Positions 25,073 to 37,800 of a DNA stretch of 64,000 bases are shown one piece after another; position 1 is the first letter of the stretch, and each line of letters starts with the position of its first letter. The notes under the pieces were generated by a model that ran no database searches, was not told the origin of the DNA, and worked only from the letters and a program-made list of their open reading frames with translations. Position numbers and translations under genes: made by a program. The stretch comes from Takakia lepidozioides. Taxonomy: Eukaryota > Plantae > Bryophyta. Where the stretch lies: positions 37,324,001 through 37,388,000 of the forward strand of contig CM060732.1 in assembly GCA_030704615.1 (NCBI GenBank), written 5' to 3'.

Positions 25073-27190
25073 CTTGTTCTACCAAGACGCCGCCATTCAT
25101 CAAAGATCCAGAGGAGGGCTCCTAGGGAAACGTCATAAGCATGCAGGTGGTACCTCCGCCATCACTGCCGCGGTTCCCTTGTGCAGCAAAAAAACAGACA
25201 GCTGAGACAGTGAATCTTCCCTCATTTCTAAGCCACCGCCATCGCCTTAAAGAGCCCACCCAGGCGGCGCTCACAGGAGCCATAAACACTCAAGGATTGG
25301 CAGCTCAAGGTATCTGCAGCACGAGCATCATCGCTCCTCACAAGCCGCCATCGCGCGCTCTCGCAGCGCAAAAAGAAAGACATTAGGGTTGCGCAGGGTT
25401 TTCCCCTGTCTGGCCCGTCATTCATCCTTCTCAGAATGAAAACCATCCGCCAGTCTGTCCGCCCGACGGACGTTGTCCGTTTCTCATTCGTGGAAGATGA
25501 AAGACATCGTGCTTTCATCTTGTCTTGCACTCAACGGATGTAGTCCGTATTTTATCTAGGTTAGATGAAAAACAGGTTTATATACCTGTCTTGCCCTGTA
25601 TTTAGGTCCTGTCAGATGAAGTCTTTTTTTTTCATCCAGGTTGGATTGAAAAAGTAGAAACTGACGAGAATTTTGCAACTCACAGGTTTTTTAGTGAAGA
25701 AATATTTCACTAGGAATTTTTTTTTAAATTTATTTTGGATAAAAAACATCCAAAATTCCCTGCAACCCAATTTTGCAAAAAATTTCAATTTCCTCAAAGA
25801 TGGAAGTCTGGACAACAATTCCATAAGCCCAGTGTTCAGAGGGAGAGAGAAGGAGAGATCAGAAAACCAAAAAAAATAAAAATGGGGGGGGGGGGGATTG
25901 ACTGAGCCCGTGGTGTTGCTCAGTCACCCCTCCCCTTCTTCTTTTCTCTTTGTTGCCTCCTTTCGAGACCCCGAGCACTTGCTGCTCTCAGCCCCCAACA
26001 TGTTTGGTTTTTTTTTGTTTTTGATCTGGAATGTAGAGGTTGTTTCTTAATGAGGCCAACTTGTGGGTTTATGGGGAAAGAGAAGAAGTCCCCTGCCCCA
26101 AAGAAAGGGGCGGACAATCCGTTTGCTCTGCCGGCACGTGTGACATGCCAGGGCGTCTCACGGTTAACCAGCCCCGTCGACAACCGCAGCCGGAGGGCTC
26201 GTCTGCCCCCCGAGGCCAGTACCCCCCCTCTTGTCCACATCTTGGATGCCCAGGGGCTGGCTCAGCAGCTCTCCTATTCGGGAGGTTGTTGCTGAGCCGG
26301 ATGCTCAGTTGAGCACACCCCTGGCCACCAAGACGGGGTGAAATGTACCTTGGCAAGCACATCACCCGTTCGGGGGCCCGATACGGGCAACTTTTGGATG
26401 TCACCCCAGAGCGACCCCTTCCTCCGCAGCAAAGGCTGCACTTGCCAAGGCCCAACGTCAGGTTCAAGGGCCTTTGAAAGCCTCCATTGCTAGACCCAAT
26501 GTTGTCGATGAGGGAGACGAGGAGGCAATGAAGTGGCCGAGATAACGAAGCGCCTCGAAGAAGTCAAGCCGGGTGAGGGCTTCTACCCTAATACGCATTT
26601 GGGGGGGGGGGAGGAGGTATGGGCCGGTTTGGAGCGGCCTAGCCGAGCAGCGACGCCGCCCCCCTGAGCCTGAGCGGTCAGCAAAAGAAGGGCCTGGACT
26701 ACGAGGCGCTGCCGCCAGCTATGCTCCACATCTGGAATCTACTTCCAGTGGCGCTCCGGGAGGGGATAACGCGGGCACATCCGGCAACGGGGACTCCCGC
26801 CACATCGGGTTGACACTGGGGCGGTCGGACAAGCTTGCAAAAGTCAACAACTGTCGTCCCTTGTTCCATGTTGTATATCCTTTCCTTTGCATGCTTATTT
26901 CTTTGTTGTTTGTTTTCTTTTTTGAATTTGGAGGGGTTATTTGTCTTTCAGGAAGCAGCAACTGGCTGGCCTCATTGGAGCGGTCCGGTGGGTTGCCAAT
27001 GAGGGAGAAGAACGTGGTGTTCATGAAGACCCGAACACCAAAGTAGAATAAGAGAAGGCCTCGACCTCCCAATATCCCTTTTAAACTAACCATCAATGAA
27101 GGGGCTGCCGAGGGAGAGGAGAAGGGAGAGGAGAAGGAGAGAGGAAGTAGCGGGGAAGGGAAGGAGATGTCGTGGAGAAGGGAAGGAAAA

Positions 27191-27211
27191 GAAGAAGAAG
27201 AAGAAGAAGAA
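27191..27211 (+). repeat. (GAA)n microsatellite in a purine-rich tract
   Basis: Direct reading. Confidence 0.9.
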
Positions 27212-30200
27212 GTCCCCATGGAAAGGAAGGGGTGAGTGTGCATGCGGGGGAGGGCAGTGGGGGGGGGTAACAAAGAGCCAGGGGAAGAAGGCTACAAAGA
27301 AGTGAGAGGGTGAAAGAAGAAATATGGCCTTGGCGATTACATGATGGGAGTTGGCAAAGATTTTGGTGCCAATCGGTGGAGGTGAATCGCCATGGTGACC
27401 CCTGCGGTGGCGTTCTGGGAGGCGCCTTCGAACTCGCAACTGAGGTGGTCCCTGCACATCGAGTGGTCTGATCATCACTTTGGCGCGAAGCGGGCATATG
27501 CCTCGTGAGTTAGACCGCCGGTTTCCGGGCAATTGGCAGTGACACAAGGCTGATGGAGATGGTGGGGTGAAACTTGACTGACAAAAGGTACCCCGTGCTA
27601 GATAGATCTTCGGAGGGCAATGGTAAGGGGTCCATACCAAACCACTTATGGAATTACACAGGTTGGCAATCCTGAATCATTTCACCTTCCATTTGTCGCA
27701 TGTGCATTATGAGGTGGATTCAATGGCAACGTATTGTGTAATATCACTAATTGTTGGGGGGGGGGGAGGCATAGGTATTGTGGTGATGCACTCTATTGCG
27801 GGAGAGAATGATGCCGCAAATAAGGCCAAATTTGAACCGGCACGTGAAGCAACAACAGTCGGCCAGACAACACAAATCCATACATAAGTGGCGGCCCGAC
27901 GGATCCAGGGTTTTTATCTTGCGATTTGTAAGTCGTACTTCATAATGGAATTTTGTTATGTCTTTCTTTCTGCTCCATCATCCGCGAGACCTTACTTTTC
28001 ATTTGTGGCATGTGTACAACGCGCGTTTGAGAGGAAGTCATCTCCGGTAGAGGCAACTACTCCAAAGAGCATGGTTGGCAGTCCCTCATGAAGAACATGG
28101 CCAACATGGAGGGGATGAATGCACTACATGGCACTAGTATGGATGAGGTTGGGGGTCATGGCCAGGGATTGGATAAGAGCTCTGTGGGACTTAGGGGAAC
28201 TCGCCCTCATTTAGGTGCTCTGACAAAGGCGCGAGTCATCAGGCTCATCGGATAGCTCTGAGTTCTCCATTGAGGATGATGGATGAGGCCTAGGATGACT
28301 AGTCATAGTCCATTAGATTCCCAGGGTCCAGCCTACTGAACCCTTGTGAGCTTTTTCAGCTTATTTCTTGTAAATAATTTCCATATTTCCATCTTCCATC
28401 TTATTCATTGTCGCACGTCCTACAAAATTCAATCTTAGTGCCAAGGGTAGGTAGGCCCTTCAGATCATCCGTAAGTTCATCATTTTTCAAAATTGGGTTT
28501 TGTGTGTGGGTGATATGAATGAAGTTGTATGGCTTGTCAGGAAGCCACTTAAGTTGGCTTTATTTGGTGCTTCTGATCTGTGACTGTCCCTACACACTAT
28601 AGGAAAATGGGGGCCTTGCGACGCCTGGGCCACGCCGCGCGTCGGAAAACGACCATTTAGGCCCGGGTCGGCGCCGAGTTTACGACGCCACAGCCGTCGC
28701 CCTGCAGTCGCATGGGCGTCGCAAAAATGCGACGTATGGGGTCGCGAGCCCCCGCCCCAACTCCCGTGACTGCCGAACTCGCTTTCGGGCCGTCCGCGCC
28801 GATGGCAGGGGCCTCCTGCGAGCGACGTCTCTCGCCGTCGCTGCCCCTCCAGCCGACGCATTGGTGGGGCGACGGCGCGACATCGCACCCCTTTTTTTCT
28901 AACCTTCCAGGATCCCCATCCTAAAACCCAGACCACGTGGCGTTAGCCGGGTGGTACGCCAGCGACTATTGGGCGTGGCAAAAACACGCATGAGCAGGAG
29001 TCGGACTCCGCCACGCCCGGAACGTGGGTTTGAGCGACGCTCTAGAGCGTCGGCACGTTATATTTAATCAAAAAAATAAAGACCTAGCCGCAAGCAGGGA
29101 CGGACTCCGCGACGCCATTTTGCGTTCGCGGCTTGCGACCCCCGCCCAAAAACCTCTCGTAGGGGTGTCTTCAATTTACGACGTCCGGCCTCGCGCTTGC
29201 GACCCCCTCCCAAAAAACCACGTCGCCAATTACAACGGCCTGCAGTCGCGAGGCCAGCTTGGTGGGGGGGGTTGGGGGTTTATTTTGGGGGGTGAATGGG
29301 GGTGGTTTTTGTTTTTTGCCTTGTTTTGTTTTTTGGGATGGGAGAACCTTACAGCTTTCATTTCTCTAATTTAGCTGGTACACAATTGAGCAAGCATGAA
29401 TCGAGGGTGCCTTTGAATAGTCAACAGATGCATAGAAGAAAGAAAGATTGTCAATGCCTGACGTGCAGGTGGCCTGAAGCCAACATCCTACAATTAAATC
29501 ATGAGTTTGTGTGTAAGTTCGGCAAACGATATGTTGGTTAGTTTGAAGTGTCTTACTATGCATATAATCTAGAGGTCTTGAGTTCAAATTCGTCTAACAA
29601 TATATTGATTGAGTTAAGAACTCAATATGTGTTGGCTACTTGCAAAAACATGCTGAAATGTTAGGTTTCATACTACGTGGCTAATGTGTGTCCCGCCATT
29701 TTTTGAACCATGTACAATCCCTTTTTTTTTTTTTTGCAACCATGTGAATCCCGCCATTTTTCAAAATTCAAAATTCAAAAAACCCTCAAATTGGACGCCC
29801 CAAACAGCGACCCCCAGTGCATTGCATTTTAAAAGCAACGTTTTTTTTTTTTTTTTTTATGGCCATTTTGCGACGTCCGGAGCGTCGCAGTCATTTTGCG
29901 ACGCCCAGGGCGTCGCAATTGGGAATTTTCAAGGGGGTTGGATCTGCGACCCCCCTGACATCACATTAAGTCTTACATTATGCGACGGCCCCATTGCGAC
30001 GCATCTTCGACGCCTGATTTGCGATTTCCGCGGGCCCGGAAAATCGCCATTAGTGACGCCAGGGGCGTCACTAGAGCGTCACTAACCCCCCCCCCCCCCA
30101 AATGGTGTAGTGGTTGTGAGGGCTCTTACTGTGAACCATTTTTGTGGTGTGTGGCTTTTAACCTTTTAAGAAAGAGAAATGAAATGGAACTTTATAACGT

Positions 30201-30239
30201 CTGCAGAAAGCTCAAAGAGCTTATAGGACAGAAGGAAAA

Positions 30240-30443
30240 ATAAGAGAGAGAGAGAGAGCAAAAAGCTTTCCAGATACAATTTAGGAAGCCCTTCACACAA
30301 GCATCAAACTGTTGTAAGCAACCCAAAAGATTAGACCCCAACATGGCTAGGGCTTTAGGCTCAACCTGACGATTTTTAGAGTTAGTGAACAAATTAAGAT
30401 GCTGAGACATTGTTCTTGATTGAAGAGGGTCCTCCAGTAGTGG
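30240..30443 (-). mobile_element. Degenerate fragment of the LINE family seen at 22733-23453
   Basis: EPKALAML..QQFDACVKGFLNCIWK matches EPKAQALL..QQIDACVKGFLEDIWK. Confidence 0.75.
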
Positions 30444-31315
30444 TGTCAAGCGGCTTTTACTCACCCATCCCTTCGCTATCCGAGGTGGGAACTCCAAGAT
30501 AGAAGAGTTGGAAATCTCTAAGCACTCAGCCCCTCATAAATCAGTCATGACCTACAGCTAGTGTATCATGGGGGTGTTTCCTATTTGTACTCCTTCCTGC
30601 ATTCATGTTAGCGAGTTACCTTACTGTCTCCAATTAAGTATCAGATTGCTTCAGAAATCTATCAGGTTCCATCCACTCATTCATTCATGTCAATTCCACA
30701 GCTTCACTCAGGTCTCTCTACACAGTGTGCGTATAAGTATGTATCAGATTGATATCTATCAAGTATCAGGCTGAAGCCATGGTGTCTCTAATCTACTCTA
30801 CATTACAATTCTACAGCTTGCATTCATCAAGTATCAACAGATCGTCTCTTCTCCTACTCCGGCTCTCCTCGTTCCACTCAGAGATGCGCTCTCCCCTTCA
30901 TTTCCAAGCCGTGATGCCAGAAAGTCCCCCCAGAAAGTGATCCCCCAATGTCCCCGCTCTTGGCTTATCTACCTACAAGCTGTTTCTAACCGCTTTCCTA
31001 ACTAACCGTCATCCCTGTAGTAACTTCCTTTTTTTTCAGATGTCGTTCCCCCCACAGTCGTTCCCTGCAATGATAACTGTCCCCAGCTGTGCCGAGCTGT
31101 GACTAGCTGTATCAGGCTATGGCGGGCTGTGACTGGCTTGTCGGGCTTTGTAGGGCTGTGCAAAGCTTGGGCGGCTAGGTCGTGCTGTGACTGGCTGTGT
31201 TTTTGGGTTGTTCGGCTGTGCGAGCTGTGGCCGCTGTGTCGGGCGTTTTGGCTGTTCGAATCTGTGACGGCAGTGATGACTGTGACTGCTGTGTCTGACT
31301 GTGTCGGCTGTTTCT
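30444..31315 (-). repeat. 3' LTR of gypsy element 1 (internally inverted segment, U3 start missing)
   Basis: Collinear with 42123-42687, then reverse-complement of 42687-42900, then loses similarity ~140 bp early. Confidence 0.85.
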
Positions 31316-31399
31316 GCTTCTTTCTTTGCAATTGTGAAGACCCTGAACTCCTTGTCTATACAGGTGAGTGGTGTGCCAATGACTTGTGAATTGTGCAAG

Positions 31400-34300
31400 T
31401 ATTTCCATGCCTCATGTCCCTTAAAGAAAATATCGTCAGGGCCAAATTTCTGTGTTGACAAATTGTTCCAGGGCCGCATGAAACCATGAACGAATTTGAG
31501 AATCCTTTGCATCATAACTTTTTGCTTCATATAAGTACATATGAGGTGGCACTGAGGTAAGACCAATGATCCCCACGGATATTCTGCTGCTCAATGTGAT
31601 AACGTGCCAGAAAACACCAGCATAGTATACCCCCCGCAGCCCATGACAATACTTGCTACCTCCTTGTTCTTTGTATAAATGTACCCATGTACAACTTGGA
31701 AGGCAATTAATTCCTTCAACATGGTACTTGCTTCATGCCAGTACCTCGCAAAGTGATGATCCTCAATGGGTTGATTGTTCGGAAGAACCTTAGTTCTAGT
31801 TGCCACTGGCAGCCAAATGCGCATGATCTGGTAGTAATGTGCCAACGACTGTGGAGGACTAAATTCCTTCCAAGAAGCCAATCCAACACAATGGGAATTT
31901 GGTTGAAGGGCATAATCATAGTACTCTCGTGCAGCAGGTGTCTTAGGTGGGTTAAAAGCAACATCCCCCCATACCTCAGGCTGTGGCGGCTGTGGTGTGG
32001 CTGTAGTAACAACAGGGTCAGCGACTGGTACATAGTCACTTGTTTTGGTATTGGTAGCACTGGGCTCTTGTTACCACTGGCTCCTCGCACCCCCTGCGAA
32101 GAAGACTGAAAAGCTAAAGTTCTGGCTTGTAAATAAGAAGCCATCAGCTGCTCCTCAGGTACAAAGATTCTCTTGTCAATATTTGAAGTTAGGTCATCCA
32201 CCTGAGTCTGTAGGCCGTCTACATCCTCCTGTAGCTCCGCATCCCCTATATAGACATTGTCTATAGTAGTTGTGGCAATGTTCTGCACCTGAGCTCATTC
32301 ATCTCGCCCTGGGTGAGCTTCCGTGGTGCTTTGCCTTCCACCGGCCCTTGTGCTAACCAGACTTGCATAAGGTGGTTATCCACCAAGTTGCTTATGGCAC
32401 CCCTGAGAGTCTGCTCCTCTGTGAGCCTGTACACATCTATCTGCTACTGTAAAGCTTCCATGCGCTTCGCATGAGGTTCAACCAAACTCGCATAGGCAGC
32501 AGCCAGATTATTGGCCTCCTTCCAAGCCTTGTTAGCCACAGAGAGTTCATTTCTATTTACCATGACCGTTTGTTGCAATTCCAGGATGTACCTCTCTTGG
32601 TCAGCTTCAACTTGCCTGTATTGCTTGAAAGTATTCTCGTTGCGACAAATTGTATTCTTCATATCAATAATGAGTTTCGCCTGCTCGACATTATCTGCCT
32701 GTGCCTTCATACATCTTCTAATGTAGTTTGCTCAAGCGTAGTTGCGAGTGTAGCACATTGTATGGGCCATCCTGTCATCATGCACTGTTCGCAACTCCGT
32801 ATGTAGTGCATTCACTTCTTGCAACTTGCTCTCATGTTCAACACCTGCATTTGGTATAGCTGTTGCTTATGTGCTTCGTGCAACTGGTCCTGCGCGAGGC
32901 CTGCTTCAATCAAATGTTCCTTGGCCAACTGCAAAGCAGCTGTTGTATCCTCTAACTCTTGCTGTAACTTGAGAGTGACCTCCTCATCGACCTTGTTTGC
33001 ATACTCAGTGGCAAGTCGAGCCTCAAACTCCTTCCTGAGTTCCTCCCTCAAAGCGGCCAATTGGGTAGATGGAACATGGGATTTCACATAAGTGCCCAAC
33101 AAATTAAGTGTCCTGCTTATGGAACTCATAAGCATGGCATGCTAAGGGTCATCATGGTGAGTTTGCTGCTGTTCTCCCTGATCCTCAACAGTGTGATGCC
33201 TCACGAACCATTCAGGCCCTTGCCCCCACCAAGATTTTCTTTCCTGAACCACCCTCATCCGCCACAGGTGCTGCAGTTGCTTAATATTCTACCTGTGGTA
33301 CCTCCGTCACAGGTGTGGGTATTACATGCACAGCAGGGTTTCCCCTAGACACCGCTTGTACCTCTGGAATCACTGGTCCCTTACCAAGCCAGAGTTTGCA
33401 TAGAGAAGGTCACCCTTCTCAATTTCGGCCACGACCTGCTCTATAGTGGGAATTTCCAACCTTTCTCCTTCCTGCCAATTGATGGTGATGCCACAGCATA
33501 TAGTAATTGTGGAGCCTCCAAAACAACATAGTGAATTGGTTGTGGTGGCTGTGGTATCGAAGTGACTTCCTCTTCTCCCTCTCTGAAGGCCCTGCTTCCA
33601 ATAGTAACAGCTCTCTAGCTGTTGTTGTGCCCCTTCTTGCACAAGAGCTTGGGAAACATTATCATGCGGTTTCCGTTAAGCCAGTGGATCCGCCACTACA
33701 GTCTTTCCCCGCCTCTGTCTCTTAGACTGGGGTTGCACTACTGCCAATCCACCCTCACTGTGTGAAAGCCTTGCTCTTCCATTGCAGTGTTTTCTCTGCC
33801 TCACACTCCATCTCCTTTCTTTCCTTCCCGAGCATCGAGTATACAAGATCAAGAATTATTTGAGCAATGATTGGACCCGACACAATGATCCGAGACTTTG
33901 CAGCAGTCTCTTGTAACCTCTTCATCTCGTCCACCAATCCGTTGTACATTAACTAACTTAACTCCGCCCAAGCGGACATCCTCTCCCCTCAAAGCTTTCA
34001 TGGATCTCCTCTGTGAAGGACCTGCTCAAATACTGTTGGTTATGTTTCATGGCAAACAGAACATTCAAGAGTTGGCCAACTTCTCTAAGCCCTGGGTACT
34101 CCGCCTTGGTAACAAGCAAACCCTTGAGTTTTAAAGAAACTCCCTTCTTGAAACAACAATATTCCCTATCTGCAATCTTGCTCTGTGCTCATCCACCTCC
34201 ACATGTCCTGATGGCAAATCAAACAATTGCTGCAGGTACTGGGGAGTAATTTCTATATCTACTCCCCTCACCTGAGTAACTCCTGTCCGAGTCTCAAGTT

Positions 34301-34470
34301 TTGAAAATTGTATCATGACATGAACTGCCGATGATGCAAGGACCAGTCCTTGCTAGCAATCCCTCCAATCGCAGCTCCTTCAGTAGCTGCACGGCCTGTG
34401 GTTAGCAATCGTTTGCTTCTGTAAGATTGTGGTGCTTTTCACCCTGATATCTTCCATTCCTCTCACTCTC
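31400..34470 (-). pseudogene. Extra 3' ORF of gypsy element 1 (plant-retrotransposon-type domain plus coiled coil), frameshifted
   Basis: Same-strand ORF chain: VRGVDIEITPQYLQQLFDLPSG (34131-34316), 33755-33949, coiled coils 32812-33135 and 32444-32710, 31716-32288, 31591-31881. Confidence 0.6.
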
Positions 34471-34875
34471 TTCATTCTGGACAAACAGACAGGTTTTGGT
34501 TGCAAACACTGAGAAACGCCTGCAGGGCGCAAAGCATAAAAGTATGGTTGGCGCAGAATGAAATGTGTAAGTGTTTGTAAGCCTGTGGGGCTTGCAAGTA
34601 GCGATTTAGAGAAAATGTACTCTCCGTTCGTCTATCCTTGTGCCACTGCGTAAGTAGTAAGGCGAGCGTGTAGTCTTTATTTCTTTTCCGCGCATAGCTT
34701 CAAAGCTATAGCTTTGATTGTCTCTCCTGACGAGACGCCCGTTACTTGGAACGACGCCGACTCTTGCGCTCAGATCCCTCCTCCAATTTCTTGATTTCGC
34801 TTCTTGGAAAATACCTCTGCAGTAATTCTGGCTCATGATTGGCTGTTGGCTGTGTGATTGGTTTTGTAATTTAAT

Positions 34876-37800
34876 TCATTTCCATGGATTTTCCCCCCTT
34901 GACTGTCCACTAGGATAGCACATGTGACCTGGATTTCGTTTTTCGGTACTTGTAAAGGGTTCCGTTACCCGTTCCCTGTATGCATTAATGGCCCCATAAT
35001 AAGTTAATGTGCCGGGTAGGTACTTTGACGGCCAATTTTGTCTTCTTTCTTGATGACACTCGCTTTTGCAATCCATGTCCGGCTGTTTGTCTCGCCCTGG
35101 CGTCCACGTGTCCATTTCTAAACATGCCTCTGGCCACTTTTCCGTCGGCCATTCTTCGGATGTTAACCCACGTCCACCTGTCACTGATCTTATGGACTGT
35201 GTAACCCTGGTAGGCTGTGTTGAGCTGTGACAGGTTGTGTCATACTGTGGTACGCTGTGATAGGTTGTGTGGCACTGTGGTAAGCTGTGATACGTTGTGA
35301 TACGTTGTGGTAGGTTGTGATAGGCTGTTTCACGCTGTGATGGGCTGTGATAGGCTGTGTCACGCTTGTACTGCCCGCCCTGGTCATATACGCTCGGCCT
35401 AGCGACAAGTGTTCCATACTCAAACGTTGGTATCACTAGGGCAGCCCGTGACTGCTTCTGCGTTTCAACATGCAAATCATGCTGCAATGGTTTTTCATGG
35501 ATACCACTGTACCCCTTCAACTTATTGGCATTGACTCTTCCCAGCATCTCTTTGTTAATGGTTTGTAACATGACGGTGTTGTTATCATACATCTTCTGTA
35601 TGACATAAGGTCCTTTCCATGGTGATTTAAGCTTAGAAGCTTTAATCTTCCTTTTCTTCTGCAACCAGAGAACCAAATCTCCCGTCTGAAAAGTCTTTAA
35701 CTTGTCTTCATCAAACTGTTCCTTCCTCTTCATCTGAATTCTGGTCATGTTATCTGCTGCATCAGCACGTACTTCTTCCACATGGTATAATTCATGTTTC
35801 CTGACCTTAATTGAATCTTCCAATTCCATTCTCTTTCCCCATTCCGTTCTCATGGGGGTAACAAGAATTCCACTGGAAGTAAAGCTTCCATACCATACAC
35901 TAATTGGAATGGTGTATACTTAGTGGTGACTTTATATGAAGTCCTGTATGACCACAAAGCTGTCAGCAGCTTTGTATCCCAATCTGTTCTGTTTGCATTG
36001 ACTATCTTAGCCAAGATAGTACATAGTATTTTGTTGGTAGCCTCTGCCTGCCCATTACCTTGTGGGTAATACGTTGTACTCTTTCTATGCACAATCATGA
36101 ACTCTTTAGTCAATAGATCAATGGTCTCATTAATGAAGTGACTTCCCTGATCACTGATAAATTCCAAGGGACAGCCCAATCGTGTAAGTATGTTCTCATA
36201 CATGAACCTTGTTGTGGACTTGGCTGTGTTTCCTCCTCAAAGCTTTAGCTTCCACCCACTTCGTAGTATAATCAGTGGCTGTAATTATGTAACTTGTTCT
36301 GTGTATTCTTGGCCGGTGGGTTAATTGGTCCAACAAAGTCTAGTCCCCATTTCTGAAATGGTTCAATAGGCATCGTAGGATGCAAAGCCATCTTCCTAGA
36401 TCTCTGCAAAGGTCCTAGCCTCTGACATTCATCACAACTCTGACAATACTTGTGTACATCCTTGAACAAAGTAGGCCACCAGTAACCTGCAAGTAGTATC
36501 TTCCTACTGGTAGTCTCTTCTCCAAAAGTCCTCCAGCCACTCCTTTATGAACTTCCTCCAAAACTTTATTTACTTCATGGTGGTACAAGCATCGTTTAAG
36601 TACTCCATCAGGTCCTAGCTTTACATTCTGCCCTCCTACCATAGTATAAGGTAAAGCCTTGATAGCGATTCTCTTCCTCTGCTCCTTACCATAACTAGGT
36701 GGGCACTGACCATGAGTAAGGTAGTATCTGATTGGCCACTGCTAATCTAACCATTCATTTGCACTTCCTTGCACCTCCATTACAAATAAACTCGCATCAG
36801 GTAATTGATCGTCTACTCCTGTGGCGGCCTCTCCTGTTGTTAGTCGTGACAATGATCTGCCACAAGATGCAAAACGGCTAGGCTTGTAAACAACTTCGAA
36901 CTCAAACTCGTGCAAGATTATTAACCACCTCGCTATCCTTCCACTTATCAAGGTTTGTTCACCAGATATATCAGAGCCTGGTGATCCACATAAAACATAA
37001 ACTTTCTTCCAATAGGTAATGCCTGAATTTCTTGACTGCATAAATCATTGCCAGTGCTTCTCTTTCAGTTGTGCTATAGTTCCTTTCAGCACTGTTCATC
37101 AACCTGCTAGCATAGTACACATGTGAATCGATATTTCCTGTAACATTTTGGGCTAACACCGCTCCCAATGCTTCTCCTGAGGCATCACAGTGAACATGAA
37201 ATACTACATGCCAGTGAGGATTAATCAGCACAGGTGTAGTTGTTACTGACAATGTAAGTTCCTCAAAAGCCTATTGACATTCAGCTGTCCATGCAAACAC
37301 TGCATCTTTCTTCAGAAGTTGCTCAATGGTGCTGCTATCTGTGCATACCTTTTGACAAATCTTCTGTAATACTGGTTTGTCCAAGGAATCTCCTTGGATC
37401 TTACATTTACTGGTGGTGGTGAGGCTTTAATGGCCTCTGTCTTCCTGGGATCCACAAGAAGTCCCCTCTTACACACAATGTGTCCTAGAAGCACCCCTGA
37501 GTTCACACAGAAAGTACACTTCTCTGGATTCAGGCCCAGACCTCTCATTCTGCATCTTGCCAAACATAACTCCAATTTATGCAAGTGCTCATTCTTAGAG
37601 CTGTACACACTGAAATCATCCAAGAACACCTGCATGAAATCATCCAGATACTCATGAAAAGATTCACTATCACTCTCTGAAAGGTTGCTGGTGCAATTAC
37701 AAGTCCAAAAGCATGACTTTGTATGCATAAGCACCCCATTCTGTGATGAAAGCTGTCTTTCCTTGGTCTTCTTCTCTGCCACTTGCGCTTGATTATAACC

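Noticed and set aside
25900-28500. Faint similarities to a retrotransposon accessory ORF, RNase H or IQ-domain protein
   Set aside because: Only scattered residues in GC-rich or low-complexity sequence; not supportable without a search.
35205-35365. CRISPR-like array
   Set aside because: Tandem 10-mers without spacers, inside a eukaryotic retrotransposon.
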